Assembly (NCBI GenBank): GCA_049322615.1
Contig: JBMORX010000001.1
Coordinates: 6,715 to 70,714 of the forward strand
Source: Patescibacteria group bacterium
GTDB lineage: Bacteria > Patescibacteriota > Microgenomatia > CAYGWK01
DNA length: 64,000 bases
Reading direction: 5' to 3'
Part shown: piece after piece, positions 47,720-56,789 of the stretch
Layout of the letters: every line of letters begins with the position of its first letter
How positions within the stretch are numbered: the stretch's first letter is position 1
The notes under the pieces: model-generated
The model's database searches: none
Seen by the model: the letters and a program-made list of their open reading frames with translations, nothing else
What the model was told of the DNA's origin: nothing
Made by a program: the position numbers and the translations under genes

Positions 47720-49840
47720 TTACCAGCTAGGTCGACGAGGACGGAAAAATCGGGGTTTTAAAGCTTGAGGGCGAAATTTCTGCCTTTCCTTTTGTTCACC
47801 AAAAAGCATCGAAAGATTAATCCTTTTTAGCTCGTCAATCTCCGTCACCCTCACTTTTACCTTTTGCCCAACAGAAACAATTTCTGATGGGTCTTTGACA
47901 AAACCAGGGGACATTTGCGAAACATGAATCAGACCTTCCTTTCCTGGTATTATCTCGACAAACGCCCCAAAAGGCTGAATTCTTTTGACGACTCCCTCGT
48001 AAATCTCACCAGGGCGAACCTCTTTGGTTAAACCACCAACCAAATCAACTGCCTTCTTTACCGAAGCTTCGTCAATTCCGGAGATATTGACTGTTCCGTC
48101 GTCTTCAATGTCAACCGTCGCTTGGGTTTCGGCGATTATTTTTCTAATTACTTTTCCACCTGGACCAATAACCTCACCAATCTTTTCCGGATCAACATGC
48201 AAAACAACTACTCGGGGGGCATACTGGGAAAGTCTTTCTCTCGGCTTGGGTAGGGCGCGGGTCATCTTTTCTAAAATAAAAAGTCTTGCCTGGCGGGCTT
48301 TTTTTATGGTCTCTTCAATTACATTACTGTCAAGTCCGGGGATTTTAACATCCAGCTGGACGGCGGTAATTCCATTTTTGCTTCCGGCAACCTTAAAATC
48401 CATATCTCCATTAAAATCCTCCATTCCTAAAATATCAGTCAAAATCATAAACTTCCCGTCTTTTCCCATCATTAATCCCATGGCAATCCCAGCGACAGGC
48501 TCTAAAATTGGTACTCCAGCGTCCATTAAAGAAAGACTCGAACCACAGGCTGAAGCCATTGAAGTTGAGCCGTTCGAAGATAAAACCTCGGAAACCAGAC
48601 GAATAGTGTAGGGAAATTCATCTACCGAAGGAATCACCGGTTCTAAGGCTTTCTCTGCTAAGGCTCCGTGTCCGATTTCTCGACGATTTGGGCCAACCAC
48701 TCTGCCTACCTCACCCATTGAATATGGCGGCATACTATAATGATGAATAAATCTTTTGGTTTCTTCTCCTTCTGGACTTTCAATTAACTGTTCAAGCGAA
48801 GGACTGCCAAGGGTTGTGACCGTTAAAACCTGGGTTTGACCCCGAGAAAAAAGGGCACTCCCATGAGTTCGAGGTAGAAGTCCAACCTCAATTTCGATTG
48901 GTCTTATCTCATCAGCCTCTCTCCCATCGATTCTTTTACCTGACAATGTCTTTTCTCTAACTGCCTTTTTGAAAACCTCATCAAAAATTTTCCCAATCTC
49001 CCTCTTTTTCTCTTCTGAAAATTCTTCCAAAATTGCAGTTTTTACCTCGAAACTCTCTATTTTATCCGAAAATATAAGGTCCATATTTTTCTTTATTGCT
49101 TTTTCTATCCTGCTTTTAATTTCCTGGTCTACATGCTCTTTCTCAACCTCTTTTTTGGGAACTCCTGCCTCTTTTGCCAAGGAAGAAATTAGAGAAATAA
49201 TTTTTGAAGCCTCTTGGCTTCCAAAGTTTATCGCCTCTAAAAATTTCTCTTCGGGAACCTGTTTGGCTGCTGCTTCAATCATTACTACCTTATCACCACT
49301 TGAGGAGACGACTAAATCTAGGTCAGAAAATTCCAATTCGCCATTAACTGGATTAACAAAACAACTTCCATCCTTAAGCCCTACTCTGACTGTTCCGACT
49401 GGTCCACTCCAGGGAATATCAGAAATCGCTAAAGCAGCCGAGGCGGCAATAACTGACAAGGTATCCGGACTATTCTCCAAATCAACCGACAGAACGGTAA
49501 TTGTTATCTGGGTCTCATTTAAATATTCTTTGGGAAAAAGTGGCCGGAGAGAGCGATCAACTAACCTACCAACTAAAATCGCTTCATCCGAGGGTCTTCC
49601 TTCTCGCTTTACCCAACGGGAGCCCTTAATTCTCCCCCCGGCGTAGAGCCTCTCAACGTACTCAATGTCCAAAGGAAGGTAGTCTAGATCCTCTCTCTTT
49701 GCTCCAGAGCAAACTGCGGCTAAAACCTCGGTGTCTCCATAACGGGCTAAAACTGCCGATTTTGCCTGATAAGCAATCCCGCCAGTCTCAAGCATCAAGG
49801 TTCTTCCTCCAATTTCTGCTGATTTGGAAATTTTTCTCAT
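47720..49840 (-). CDS. pnp: polyribonucleotide nucleotidyltransferase (PNPase)
   Basis: Two RNase PH domains, KH and S1 domains; 706 aa; follows rpsO. Confidence 0.95.
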   Translation of the reverse strand: MRKISKSAEIGGRTLMLETGGIAYQAKSAVLARYGDTEVLAAVCSGAKREDLDYLPLDIEYVERLYAGGRIKGSRWVKREGRPSDEAILVGRLVDRSLRPLFPKEYLNETQITITVLSVDLENSPDTLSVIAASAALAISDIPWSGPVGTVRVGLKDGSCFVNPVNGELEFSDLDLVVSSSGDKVVMIEAAAKQVPEEKFLEAINFGSQEASKIISLISSLAKEAGVPKKEVEKEHVDQEIKSRIEKAIKKNMDLIFSDKIESFEVKTAILEEFSEEKKREIGKIFDEVFKKAVREKTLSGKRIDGREADEIRPIEIEVGLLPRTHGSALFSRGQTQVLTVTTLGSPSLEQLIESPEGEETKRFIHHYSMPPYSMGEVGRVVGPNRREIGHGALAEKALEPVIPSVDEFPYTIRLVSEVLSSNGSTSMASACGSSLSLMDAGVPILEPVAGIAMGLMMGKDGKFMILTDILGMEDFNGDMDFKVAGSKNGITAVQLDVKIPGLDSNVIEETIKKARQARLFILEKMTRALPKPRERLSQYAPRVVVLHVDPEKIGEVIGPGGKVIRKIIAETQATVDIEDDGTVNISGIDEASVKKAVDLVGGLTKEVRPGEIYEGVVKRIQPFGAFVEIIPGKEGLIHVSQMSPGFVKDPSEIVSVGQKVKVRVTEIDELKRINLSMLFGEQKERQKFRPQALKPRFFRPRRPSW

Positions 49841-49844
49841 GAAG

Positions 49845-50114
49845 TTATTTTGGAAGATCGAGGTCTGAAATTACCTTTTTATAACGATCTTCATCTTTTT
49901 TTAAAAGATATGATAAAAGTCTTCTTCTTTTTGAGACCATAGACAAAAGTCCCCTTCTTGAATGAACATCCTTTTTATGGTCTTTAAGATGCTCGGTGAG
50001 TTTTTTTATTTTTTCGCTCAAAAGGGCAATTTGGACTTCAGGACTACCAGTATCACCCCGAACAGTGGCAAATTTTTCAATTATTTTTTTCTTTTCCTCT
50101 AAAGTCAGCGGCAT
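49845..50114 (-). CDS. rpsO: 30S ribosomal protein S15
   Basis: [15 protein letters not shown] ... S15 helical signature. Confidence 0.95.
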   Translation of the reverse strand: MPLTLEEKKKIIEKFATVRGDTGSPEVQIALLSEKIKKLTEHLKDHKKDVHSRRGLLSMVSKRRRLLSYLLKKDEDRYKKVISDLDLPK

Positions 50115-50161
50115 AAGTACATTAATTATATCAAAAGTAAGTCTTGCTTCGCAAGAAGAGA

Positions 50162-50986
50162 TTATGGCAGGGTTGAGCCTTTGTAGATTTTGGGTTCAAG
50201 CCAGTCCGAGGGGGCCGCCGCTTGGGTTTTCTTCTCTTCTTTTGGAGGAGAAACCACCTCTCTTCTTCCTCCGGCTCGCAAACAGAAAGCCGCTGCCTCA
50301 AAGGTATCAGCGGAAACTTTCGGATTTTGAAAATTTTGCGTTGCCTCTCCTATTCCTTGGATTAAATTAGAGCCAATGTCTTCATCAATCGGCAAACCTA
50401 GACTCTGAATAATCGCCGCCACCGTCTCCGAACAAGAGGAAGACTCCAAATCCACCAGGTTTAATCTCCCGAAATTAGAATTTTGAGGGTTATTGTCAAT
50501 GTTGACTATCGGTTTTTCCTGAAAAATTACCTGGTTTTCTAAATATATTTTTCCTAAGCCTTCAACTTTCCTTGCGCCGACGGTAATAACAAGATCTACT
50601 CCTCCCCCAGATTGGTTAAAAATAATTTGTTCTTTAGTGATTGGCGAGACCCCTGCTTTCGGGGCAATAACTAAACTTAGGTGTTGACCATCATCTGTGG
50701 TTGAAATTTTATCAACATTCTCAATTGGGGTATTTATGGTTAAAACTAAATTTCCCCCTAAGATTTTATCAGTTATTTTATCAAGACCTACAAGGTGGGA
50801 GAACCCAACTGTCATTGGTTCGGGAGAGACGATATTGACACTTTTTCCTGTTTTTGAAAGACTTAAAAATAGAGAAAGACCGGCCGCTGCCTGATCTAAA
50901 GTAACGCTTTTAGGCAAGCAAATCAAAACATTTTTTGCTTCTCCTAAAAGTCTTTGAATTTCTGTGAAAGGATAATTCTTATTCAT
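50162..50986 (-). CDS. DHH/DHHA1-like (NrnA-like) protein with a degenerate active site
   Basis: Occupies the rbfA/nrnA slot downstream of infB. A GGG motif (FNQSGGGVD) sits where DHHA1 has GGGH, and no DHH motif is visible, so it is probably inactive or divergent. Confidence 0.45.
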   Translation of the reverse strand: MNKNYPFTEIQRLLGEAKNVLICLPKSVTLDQAAAGLSLFLSLSKTGKSVNIVSPEPMTVGFSHLVGLDKITDKILGGNLVLTINTPIENVDKISTTDDGQHLSLVIAPKAGVSPITKEQIIFNQSGGGVDLVITVGARKVEGLGKIYLENQVIFQEKPIVNIDNNPQNSNFGRLNLVDLESSSCSETVAAIIQSLGLPIDEDIGSNLIQGIGEATQNFQNPKVSADTFEAAAFCLRAGGRREVVSPPKEEKKTQAAAPSDWLEPKIYKGSTLP

Positions 50987-53900
50987 TTGTCTTGGGCAGG
51001 GCGGGCTGATATTAACACATCACCAACCTTGAAGTCAAGTGAGGGCGTGAAAACTGCGCCAAATTCTTCTCCTTCTAAAGCCTCGGAAATATCAGTTTTT
51101 TGATGTTTCATTGAAGAAATTTTTGTTTCTCCAACTTCCTTTCCCCCTCTTTGAAGAGACAAATTGCAAGTCTTATTTATTCTTCCTTCTAAAACCTTGC
51201 AACCAGCAATTCTTGTTCCGGAGATATTGAATCCCTTAATAATCACCGCTTTACCCAAGATTTCTCTTTCAACTTCAGGCAAAACTTTCTCCAGTCCTTT
51301 TTTCTCTACATCCTCCAAAAGTTCATAAATAATTTTATAGGTTTTTATCTTCACTTTTTCGGTTTCTGCCAGTTTCTCAACTTGAGAGGAGGCTTTGACA
51401 TTAAAACCAACAACTTCAGCGTTAATTGTCCGGGCAAGTAAAATATCAGATTCCAAGATGTCTCCAACGCCTGACATAACGATAAAAACATTTCCTGGTA
51501 AACTTCCTTTTATCGCCTCTCCAGAACCAAAAGAATCAGTTCTTAAAATAATTTTAAGTTTGTCTTTTGCTTCTTCTGGAATTTCAAGTTTTCCTATCTC
51601 CCTGGGCAAAGCTTGGGGAGTTGTTAGTTCTTCTATTTTCTCCACCTTGGCTCCCACTAAAGGAAAACTCTCAAAACCCCAAACTTCGACTGGCTGACCA
51701 GGTTTAGCCTCAGTTAAATTCCTGCCATTTTCATCCATCATTCCTCGAACTCGAGTGGAAACTTTCTCAACCAAAATCTGCTCACCTGTCCTTAGGGTAC
51801 CATTTTTGACAATCATCGTTCCCACCATCCCCCTCCTATCCATTTTTGATTCAATAACGACAGCCTCAAGGGGCGCTTGCGGGTCGCTTTTAATTTCTTC
51901 CATCTCCCCCAAAAGAAGAATCATCTCTAGAAGTTCTTCTATTCCTTGTCCGGTCTTGGCTGAAACTGGGACGCAGACGATATCTCCACCATATCCCTCA
52001 ACTAAAACTCCATTATCAGCTAGCTGTTTTTTTACTTTCTCTGGGTCGATTCCAGGGAGATCAATTTTACTTATGGCAACTAAGAATGGCACTTGGGCTT
52101 CCTTGATATGCTCTAAAGACTCTAGGGTTTGGGGCATGACACCATCATCAGCCGCTACCACCAAAACGACAATATCAGCCACGTTTGCCCCTCGAGACCG
52201 CATGGCGGAAAAAGCCTGATGTCCTGGAGTATCAATGAAGGTGATCTTGCGTGTTTGGTCCACAAGGTCATCCTGAGCTTGCCGAAGGATCCCTCGACTC
52301 TCTTCGGTCGCTCGGGATGACGGTTCCACCGTCACCTGATAAGCGCCTATTTTTTGGGTAATTCCCCCGGCTTCCCTTTCAGCGACGTGTGTTTGGCGGA
52401 TACGGTCAAGAAGGGTGGTATTGTGAATAACGATACGCTCAGCAATAAAGTTATGCGTGTCAGGGACAGTAAAATCGTACACAAATTTATCCCGTGCTCT
52501 TATTTTTTCTACCTTGCGAACTCTCACAGAACTTAAACTGGTATTTAAAACCGCTCCCATCTGATTCTTAAATTTTAGTAATCCTAAAGAAGATAGGTGT
52601 TTTAAAAAAGGACGAGTTAAAAACCCGCTGGTTTTCTGGTAACTGCCCCAATACGGAATTACCTTGTTGTTAGTTTTAATTCCCTTTAAAAACTGAGAAG
52701 TTAAAGGAGTAAAATCAAAAATTCTACTCACCGAGGACCTAGTTAAAGCATTTTTAATTCTTGTTTTCTTATAATCAAGCCGTAAATTAAATTGTCGTAA
52801 GAAAATCTCAAGATAAGGCTTGTTGGCGATACGCAAATAAGTATAACCATTCTTGCGATAGAGCGTACTGTGGATGCCAAAGTGAAGTAAGGTCACGCCT
52901 ACCTGTCTTAACAAAATCTCACTTCTGCTTGTAAATTCGGCGCTGTAATTAATTTCCGAAACATAGCCGTCGGTATCAAAAAGGCCAGCAATAAATTCTC
53001 TCATTAACGGAAGGGAACGGGTTATTAACGAAGGCACCCCTACCTCCGAGCTTTTCCGAAGGAGGGGAATATCGAAAATCTCTGTCATAAAACGTCGCAA
53101 TGTTTTACCGCCAGTGGTATAACTCTTGAGGGCGGGATGACCGCGCCTAGTTTGAGTAGCGACACCAAATATTTCCTCCATGTATTTCCTAAAAGTTCCA
53201 TAAACCTGAGCATCATTGTTGTGAAGGAAGATATTGTTCTCATTAAGGCTACCATCACCGACAATACAGCCAGTAATATAAGCCAATTTAGTAAAATCTG
53301 TTTTGGTTTTAGGGAGAATAATTTTGTTACTTGTGTGTCCAACTCGCCATTTTGGGGAAGCATTCTTGACTGCCGTTATAAAATCATAAAGCTCCTCATC
53401 AGTAAAACCCAGAATAGAACCAAGATTAAGATAGTCCTGGAGGCGCAACCGTCTTTTTCCAAGCTGCGTCCGGGCATCAGTCGTGAATAAATTCTTTCTC
53501 ACAAGATCGCTGGTTTTGCATTTTTGGATTTTTTGCCAAAACCTTTCTGCTTCTTTATGTAAAAAAATTACCCAATTCCCCCGAGCTATCATCCTTTGCA
53601 AAATATCTCTTTTAATATCTTTCAGGCTTGCCGAGCGGATAGGTAAATCTTTCGGCACAATGACAAAATCACCTACTGTTAACTGTTCTGCTTTCTTTTG
53701 GATGATTTCTCCATGGGGAGTAAAAAGATAGAAAGGATGCTCTCCTGTCGTCACCACCCTATCACCCGAATAAAGTGCTGTCCTAACAAGGTACTTTGGA
53801 GAATTTAGTTTCCAAAGATGAGAAACGCGACGCGTGGTTATTCTTTTTCCATCAAAGCTAAAAACTTTAAGTAAACCTTTCAATTCAAACCTTGATCCGT

Positions 53901-54087
53901 CTGGAAATTTTTCTTCTTGAAGACTGCCGGAATAAATCTCGAAAATTTTGGCGGCGGTAAGAACTCTACCGTCGGCGAGGGGAATTAACGTCTCACCGGT
54001 AACGCACTTTCCATGGTCAACGTGTCCTAAAACCGCCACAATCGGCGGCCGGGTAAAAGCTTTGCTTTTCTCTTCTTTTTTGGCCAT
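50983..54087 (-). CDS. infB: translation initiation factor IF-2 interrupted by an intein in the G1 P-loop
   Basis: GHVDHGK | C...HN | TTLLDRIRQT, then the G-domain, domain II and C-terminal domain; 1034 aa, of which 529 are intein. Confidence 0.95.
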   Translation of the reverse strand: MAKKEEKSKAFTRPPIVAVLGHVDHGKCVTGETLIPLADGRVLTAAKIFEIYSGSLQEEKFPDGSRFELKGLLKVFSFDGKRITTRRVSHLWKLNSPKYLVRTALYSGDRVVTTGEHPFYLFTPHGEIIQKKAEQLTVGDFVIVPKDLPIRSASLKDIKRDILQRMIARGNWVIFLHKEAERFWQKIQKCKTSDLVRKNLFTTDARTQLGKRRLRLQDYLNLGSILGFTDEELYDFITAVKNASPKWRVGHTSNKIILPKTKTDFTKLAYITGCIVGDGSLNENNIFLHNNDAQVYGTFRKYMEEIFGVATQTRRGHPALKSYTTGGKTLRRFMTEIFDIPLLRKSSEVGVPSLITRSLPLMREFIAGLFDTDGYVSEINYSAEFTSRSEILLRQVGVTLLHFGIHSTLYRKNGYTYLRIANKPYLEIFLRQFNLRLDYKKTRIKNALTRSSVSRIFDFTPLTSQFLKGIKTNNKVIPYWGSYQKTSGFLTRPFLKHLSSLGLLKFKNQMGAVLNTSLSSVRVRKVEKIRARDKFVYDFTVPDTHNFIAERIVIHNTTLLDRIRQTHVAEREAGGITQKIGAYQVTVEPSSRATEESRGILRQAQDDLVDQTRKITFIDTPGHQAFSAMRSRGANVADIVVLVVAADDGVMPQTLESLEHIKEAQVPFLVAISKIDLPGIDPEKVKKQLADNGVLVEGYGGDIVCVPVSAKTGQGIEELLEMILLLGEMEEIKSDPQAPLEAVVIESKMDRRGMVGTMIVKNGTLRTGEQILVEKVSTRVRGMMDENGRNLTEAKPGQPVEVWGFESFPLVGAKVEKIEELTTPQALPREIGKLEIPEEAKDKLKIILRTDSFGSGEAIKGSLPGNVFIVMSGVGDILESDILLARTINAEVVGFNVKASSQVEKLAETEKVKIKTYKIIYELLEDVEKKGLEKVLPEVEREILGKAVIIKGFNISGTRIAGCKVLEGRINKTCNLSLQRGGKEVGETKISSMKHQKTDISEALEGEEFGAVFTPSLDFKVGDVLISARPAQDK
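52420..54006 (-). mobile_element. intein (Hint splicing domain plus LAGLIDADG homing endonuclease) inserted between GHVDHGK and TTLLD of IF-2
   Basis: N-terminal CVTGETLIPLADG (block A), LAGLIDADG motifs LAYITGCIVGDGSL and EFIAGLFDTDGYV, C-terminal VIHN followed by Thr+1; 529 aa. Confidence 0.85.
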
Positions 54088-54093
54088 TTTTTC

Positions 54094-55188
54094 TCACTTC
54101 TTTTTTGTTTTTTTTGTTTTTTTCTGTGCTTTCTGCTTGCCCGCCGTAGCCTTGCTCGGCCTCCGCAGCCGCTTCGGCGAAGGAGGCGCGGAGGCGGGTG
54201 TTGCAGGTTTTCCCTCTCCTTCACCCATAATATCAATTTTGTAGCCAGTCAATTTTGCCGCCAGCCTGACGTTTTCTCCCTTTTTGCCAATTGCCAAAGA
54301 TAATTGATCCCCAGGGACAACCACTTTAGCAGTTTTTAGTTTTTCATTAAGCTCAACGCTTATTCCCTGAGCTGGAGATAAAGAGGCGGTAATAAATTTT
54401 TCTGGATTATCGCTGTGCTGAATGATATCGATTTTTTCCCCATTTAACTCTTCAATTACTTCCTGAACCCTAACCCCTTTTTGACCAACGCATGAGCCAA
54501 CTGGATCAACTCCGGCTTGATTTGAGAAAACAGCAATTTTAGTCCTTCCTCCCGGTTCTCGGGCAATGGCGGCAATTTCAACTGCTCCTGAGGAGACTTC
54601 AGGTACTTCTCGTTTAAAAAGTCCTTCCACCAAACCCCTTGAGGCTCGAGAAACAATAATTTGTTGACCGCGAGGTCCCTCTTTAATTCCTTCAATATAA
54701 AACGTCAGTCTTTGATTAAGCTTGTAGCCCTCGCTTCTGACTTGTTCTGAAGGAGGCATAACCGCCTCGGTTTTACCAATATCAACCACAATGTTAGGAC
54801 CATCAAAACGGAGAATCATTCCCGAAACTAGAGTGCCTATTCTTTGCGAATACTCATCCAAAATAGCACTTTTCTCAGCCTCGCGGATTTTTTGCAAGAT
54901 TACTTGTTTTGCGGTCTGAGCGGCAATTCTTCCAAATCCAGGGGGGGTAATATCTTCTCTTTTTTTGCCCTTTTTCTGAAAAATCTTTGCTTCGCCTGAA
55001 GAAGGGTTTATTTCAACTTCAAATTCTTCTTCTTCAGGAATTACTATTCCCCGCTCCCGGGCATCCCGCCGGTAGGCGGCGACAATGGCTGCCTTAATTG
55101 TTTCCAAAACCACCTCGGGCTCAATCCCTCTTTCTGTGGCAACTTGAGTTAAGGCAGTGGCAAATTCAGTTCTTGGTATATAAGCCAT
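54094..55188 (-). CDS. nusA: transcription termination/antitermination factor NusA (start at MAYIPRTEF; the track ORF extends upstream through a repeat element)
   Basis: N-terminal domain, S1 domain, two KH domains, and a lysine-rich tail. Confidence 0.9.
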   Translation of the reverse strand: MAYIPRTEFATALTQVATERGIEPEVVLETIKAAIVAAYRRDARERGIVIPEEEEFEVEINPSSGEAKIFQKKGKKREDITPPGFGRIAAQTAKQVILQKIREAEKSAILDEYSQRIGTLVSGMILRFDGPNIVVDIGKTEAVMPPSEQVRSEGYKLNQRLTFYIEGIKEGPRGQQIIVSRASRGLVEGLFKREVPEVSSGAVEIAAIAREPGGRTKIAVFSNQAGVDPVGSCVGQKGVRVQEVIEELNGEKIDIIQHSDNPEKFITASLSPAQGISVELNEKLKTAKVVVPGDQLSLAIGKKGENVRLAAKLTGYKIDIMGEGEGKPATPASAPPSPKRLRRPSKATAGKQKAQKKTKKTKKK

Positions 55189-55195
55189 AATAGTA

Positions 55196-55262
55196 TCGCA
55201 GAAACGCAAAATTTTCTGCGTTTTCGCGCCCCGATTTAATCGGGGTTCCGCGCCTTTGCGTA
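55196..55262. repeat. GC-rich palindromic element, copy 3 (inverted orientation), immediately upstream of the nusA start
   Basis: Reverse complement gcggaaccccgattaaatcggggcgcgaaaacgcagaaaattttgcgtttctgcg aligns base-for-base with copy 1. Confidence 0.8.
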
Positions 55263-55368
55263 TCTTAAAAAGGTGGGTTCTTCCCACCTTCAGAACGTCT
55301 GACGTTCTCAATCTCACTTAAACTTAAGAAAAATTCTATCACGAAGACTTTCAGAAGTCAAACAAAAA

Positions 55369-56127
55369 TTACGGACAATTTAAAGCCTTGCGCCAACCGG
55401 CTGCTTTGGCTTCTTCTTCTGAACAAAACCAGCGTTCGCCCCGGCTCTCATCTATTTTGGTTTTGGCATAAGAACCACAAGTTTGAAGATGATAAATTTT
55501 TTCTCCAGAGGAGCTGATGTTTCCCTTAATATTACAATCAGCCGAAATCTTGCCGCTGGGGGATGGGCTGGAAACTGTTGGTGATGCCAAAGGACAAGCG
55601 GACCAAAGTCCTCGATTTTCTCTTCTGGCTTCTGCCTCGGCGGCAAGAATTTCAGTTTGATGTTTTACGTCTGGCGGATAGGTGTAAGAAGTGGCAAAAC
55701 CAAGTTTTACCAACTCAAGATTAACAAAGACGACTTGTCCTGAGCCTGTCGAAGGATCCACGTAAACATAGCGCAAAAGCCTGCCATACTTATCTTTGTC
55801 AGAAATATCTTTTTCCAAACGAACATTTTTCCCTTCAACCAATTCTTTATTCTTCCTTGAAGCCTCAACCCCAAAACATTGAACTGGTTTTCGGGGATCA
55901 ACTGTTTCTGGAGTATCAATCCCTAAATAGCGTACCCGTTCACCACCTTCGATTTCGATAGTATCACCGTCAATTACCCGAGTTACTTTAAAAGTTTCTG
56001 AAACTGGCAATGGCAAGGAAGATTTATTATCAATGTTTACTCGACCTAAAAGAAAACCAATCAGAAGAAGGAAAATCCCGCCAGCCAGAAAAACAAGGCT
56101 CTTTTTCTCAATTTTCACCAAAACCAT
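55369..56127 (-). CDS. membrane-anchored SNase-like thermonuclease, paralogue of 33641..34315
   Basis: [26 protein letters not shown] SNase core, and the shared C-terminal domain [26 protein letters not shown]...[19 protein letters not shown]. Confidence 0.8.
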   Translation of the reverse strand: MVLVKIEKKSLVFLAGGIFLLLIGFLLGRVNIDNKSSLPLPVSETFKVTRVIDGDTIEIEGGERVRYLGIDTPETVDPRKPVQCFGVEASRKNKELVEGKNVRLEKDISDKDKYGRLLRYVYVDPSTGSGQVVFVNLELVKLGFATSYTYPPDVKHQTEILAAEAEARRENRGLWSACPLASPTVSSPSPSGKISADCNIKGNISSSGEKIYHLQTCGSYAKTKIDESRGERWFCSEEEAKAAGWRKALNCP

Positions 56128-56132
56128 GATAA

Positions 56133-56786
56133 TTAATCAAATTCGGCGATGAGTTTATGCCAACGGCAAAATTCACACTCGGTATGTTCTTTTGGAATTG
56201 GTCTTTGGAGGGTTTCGACGGCTTTGTTAATTAAATTTTGGGCATCATTTAAATTTGTTTTTATTTCTTCTGGAGTAATTTCAAATTTGAAGATTCCGCC
56301 TTCCTGCTCACTTTTTGGGTAAAAATAAATTAAATAAGAAGTTCCGTCGGTTTTATAACCATTTTTATCCAAAAGAAAAGTATAAAGATCAAGCTGGTGT
56401 TGATAAAATTCTTTGGTTTCCCCTTTTGCCTCCGATGCTCGGGTTTTAAAATCAATCGGAATAAAAATTTCGCCATCTTGCAAAACATCATCAAAAGCAC
56501 CGTATAAGGACCACTCCTCGTTTCCTATTCTTAAGCTTGTTTTCCAATTTCGCCAGCGATTTAATAATTCTTGATCATCGAAAAGAACACCTCTGACTTT
56601 TCCTTGTATTTCCGGAGGTAATTTTCCTCGATATTTGTCAAAATATTCTTTAATAATTAAATCCATTCCGCCAGGAAGTGAGGGAAAAGCCCCACCCGGT
56701 CGTTTATGACCGCGATTTACATGAAGCCAAAAACACCGCGGACACTCTTTATAAATTCCCAACAGAAACGGCGAAAGAAAAATCAT
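56133..56786 (-). CDS. Cas4-like / RecB-family PD-(D/E)xK nuclease with a four-Cys (Fe-S) cluster
   Basis: N-terminal CPRC, C-terminal CEFC, a core IPIDFKT (D-x-K) and a QLDLY (QhxxY) motif, the DUF83/Cas4 signature. No CRISPR array or other cas genes are in the window. Confidence 0.6.
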   Translation of the reverse strand: MIFLSPFLLGIYKECPRCFWLHVNRGHKRPGGAFPSLPGGMDLIIKEYFDKYRGKLPPEIQGKVRGVLFDDQELLNRWRNWKTSLRIGNEEWSLYGAFDDVLQDGEIFIPIDFKTRASEAKGETKEFYQHQLDLYTFLLDKNGYKTDGTSYLIYFYPKSEQEGGIFKFEITPEEIKTNLNDAQNLINKAVETLQRPIPKEHTECEFCRWHKLIAEFD

Positions 56787-56789
56787 AAT

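Noticed and set aside
51395-53731. Plus-strand ORFs within the infB/intein region (51395..51697, 51755..52219, 53137..53490, 53483..53731)
   Set aside because: Antisense to the IF-2 extein and intein coding sequence; the intein homing endonuclease is encoded in frame on the minus strand, not by these ORFs.
54027-54236. 69-aa Lys/Arg-rich minus-strand ORF overlapping the nusA 3' end and the infB start
   Set aside because: Out-of-frame read of the poly-lysine tail region of NusA (KKTKKTKKK); low complexity and no independent support.
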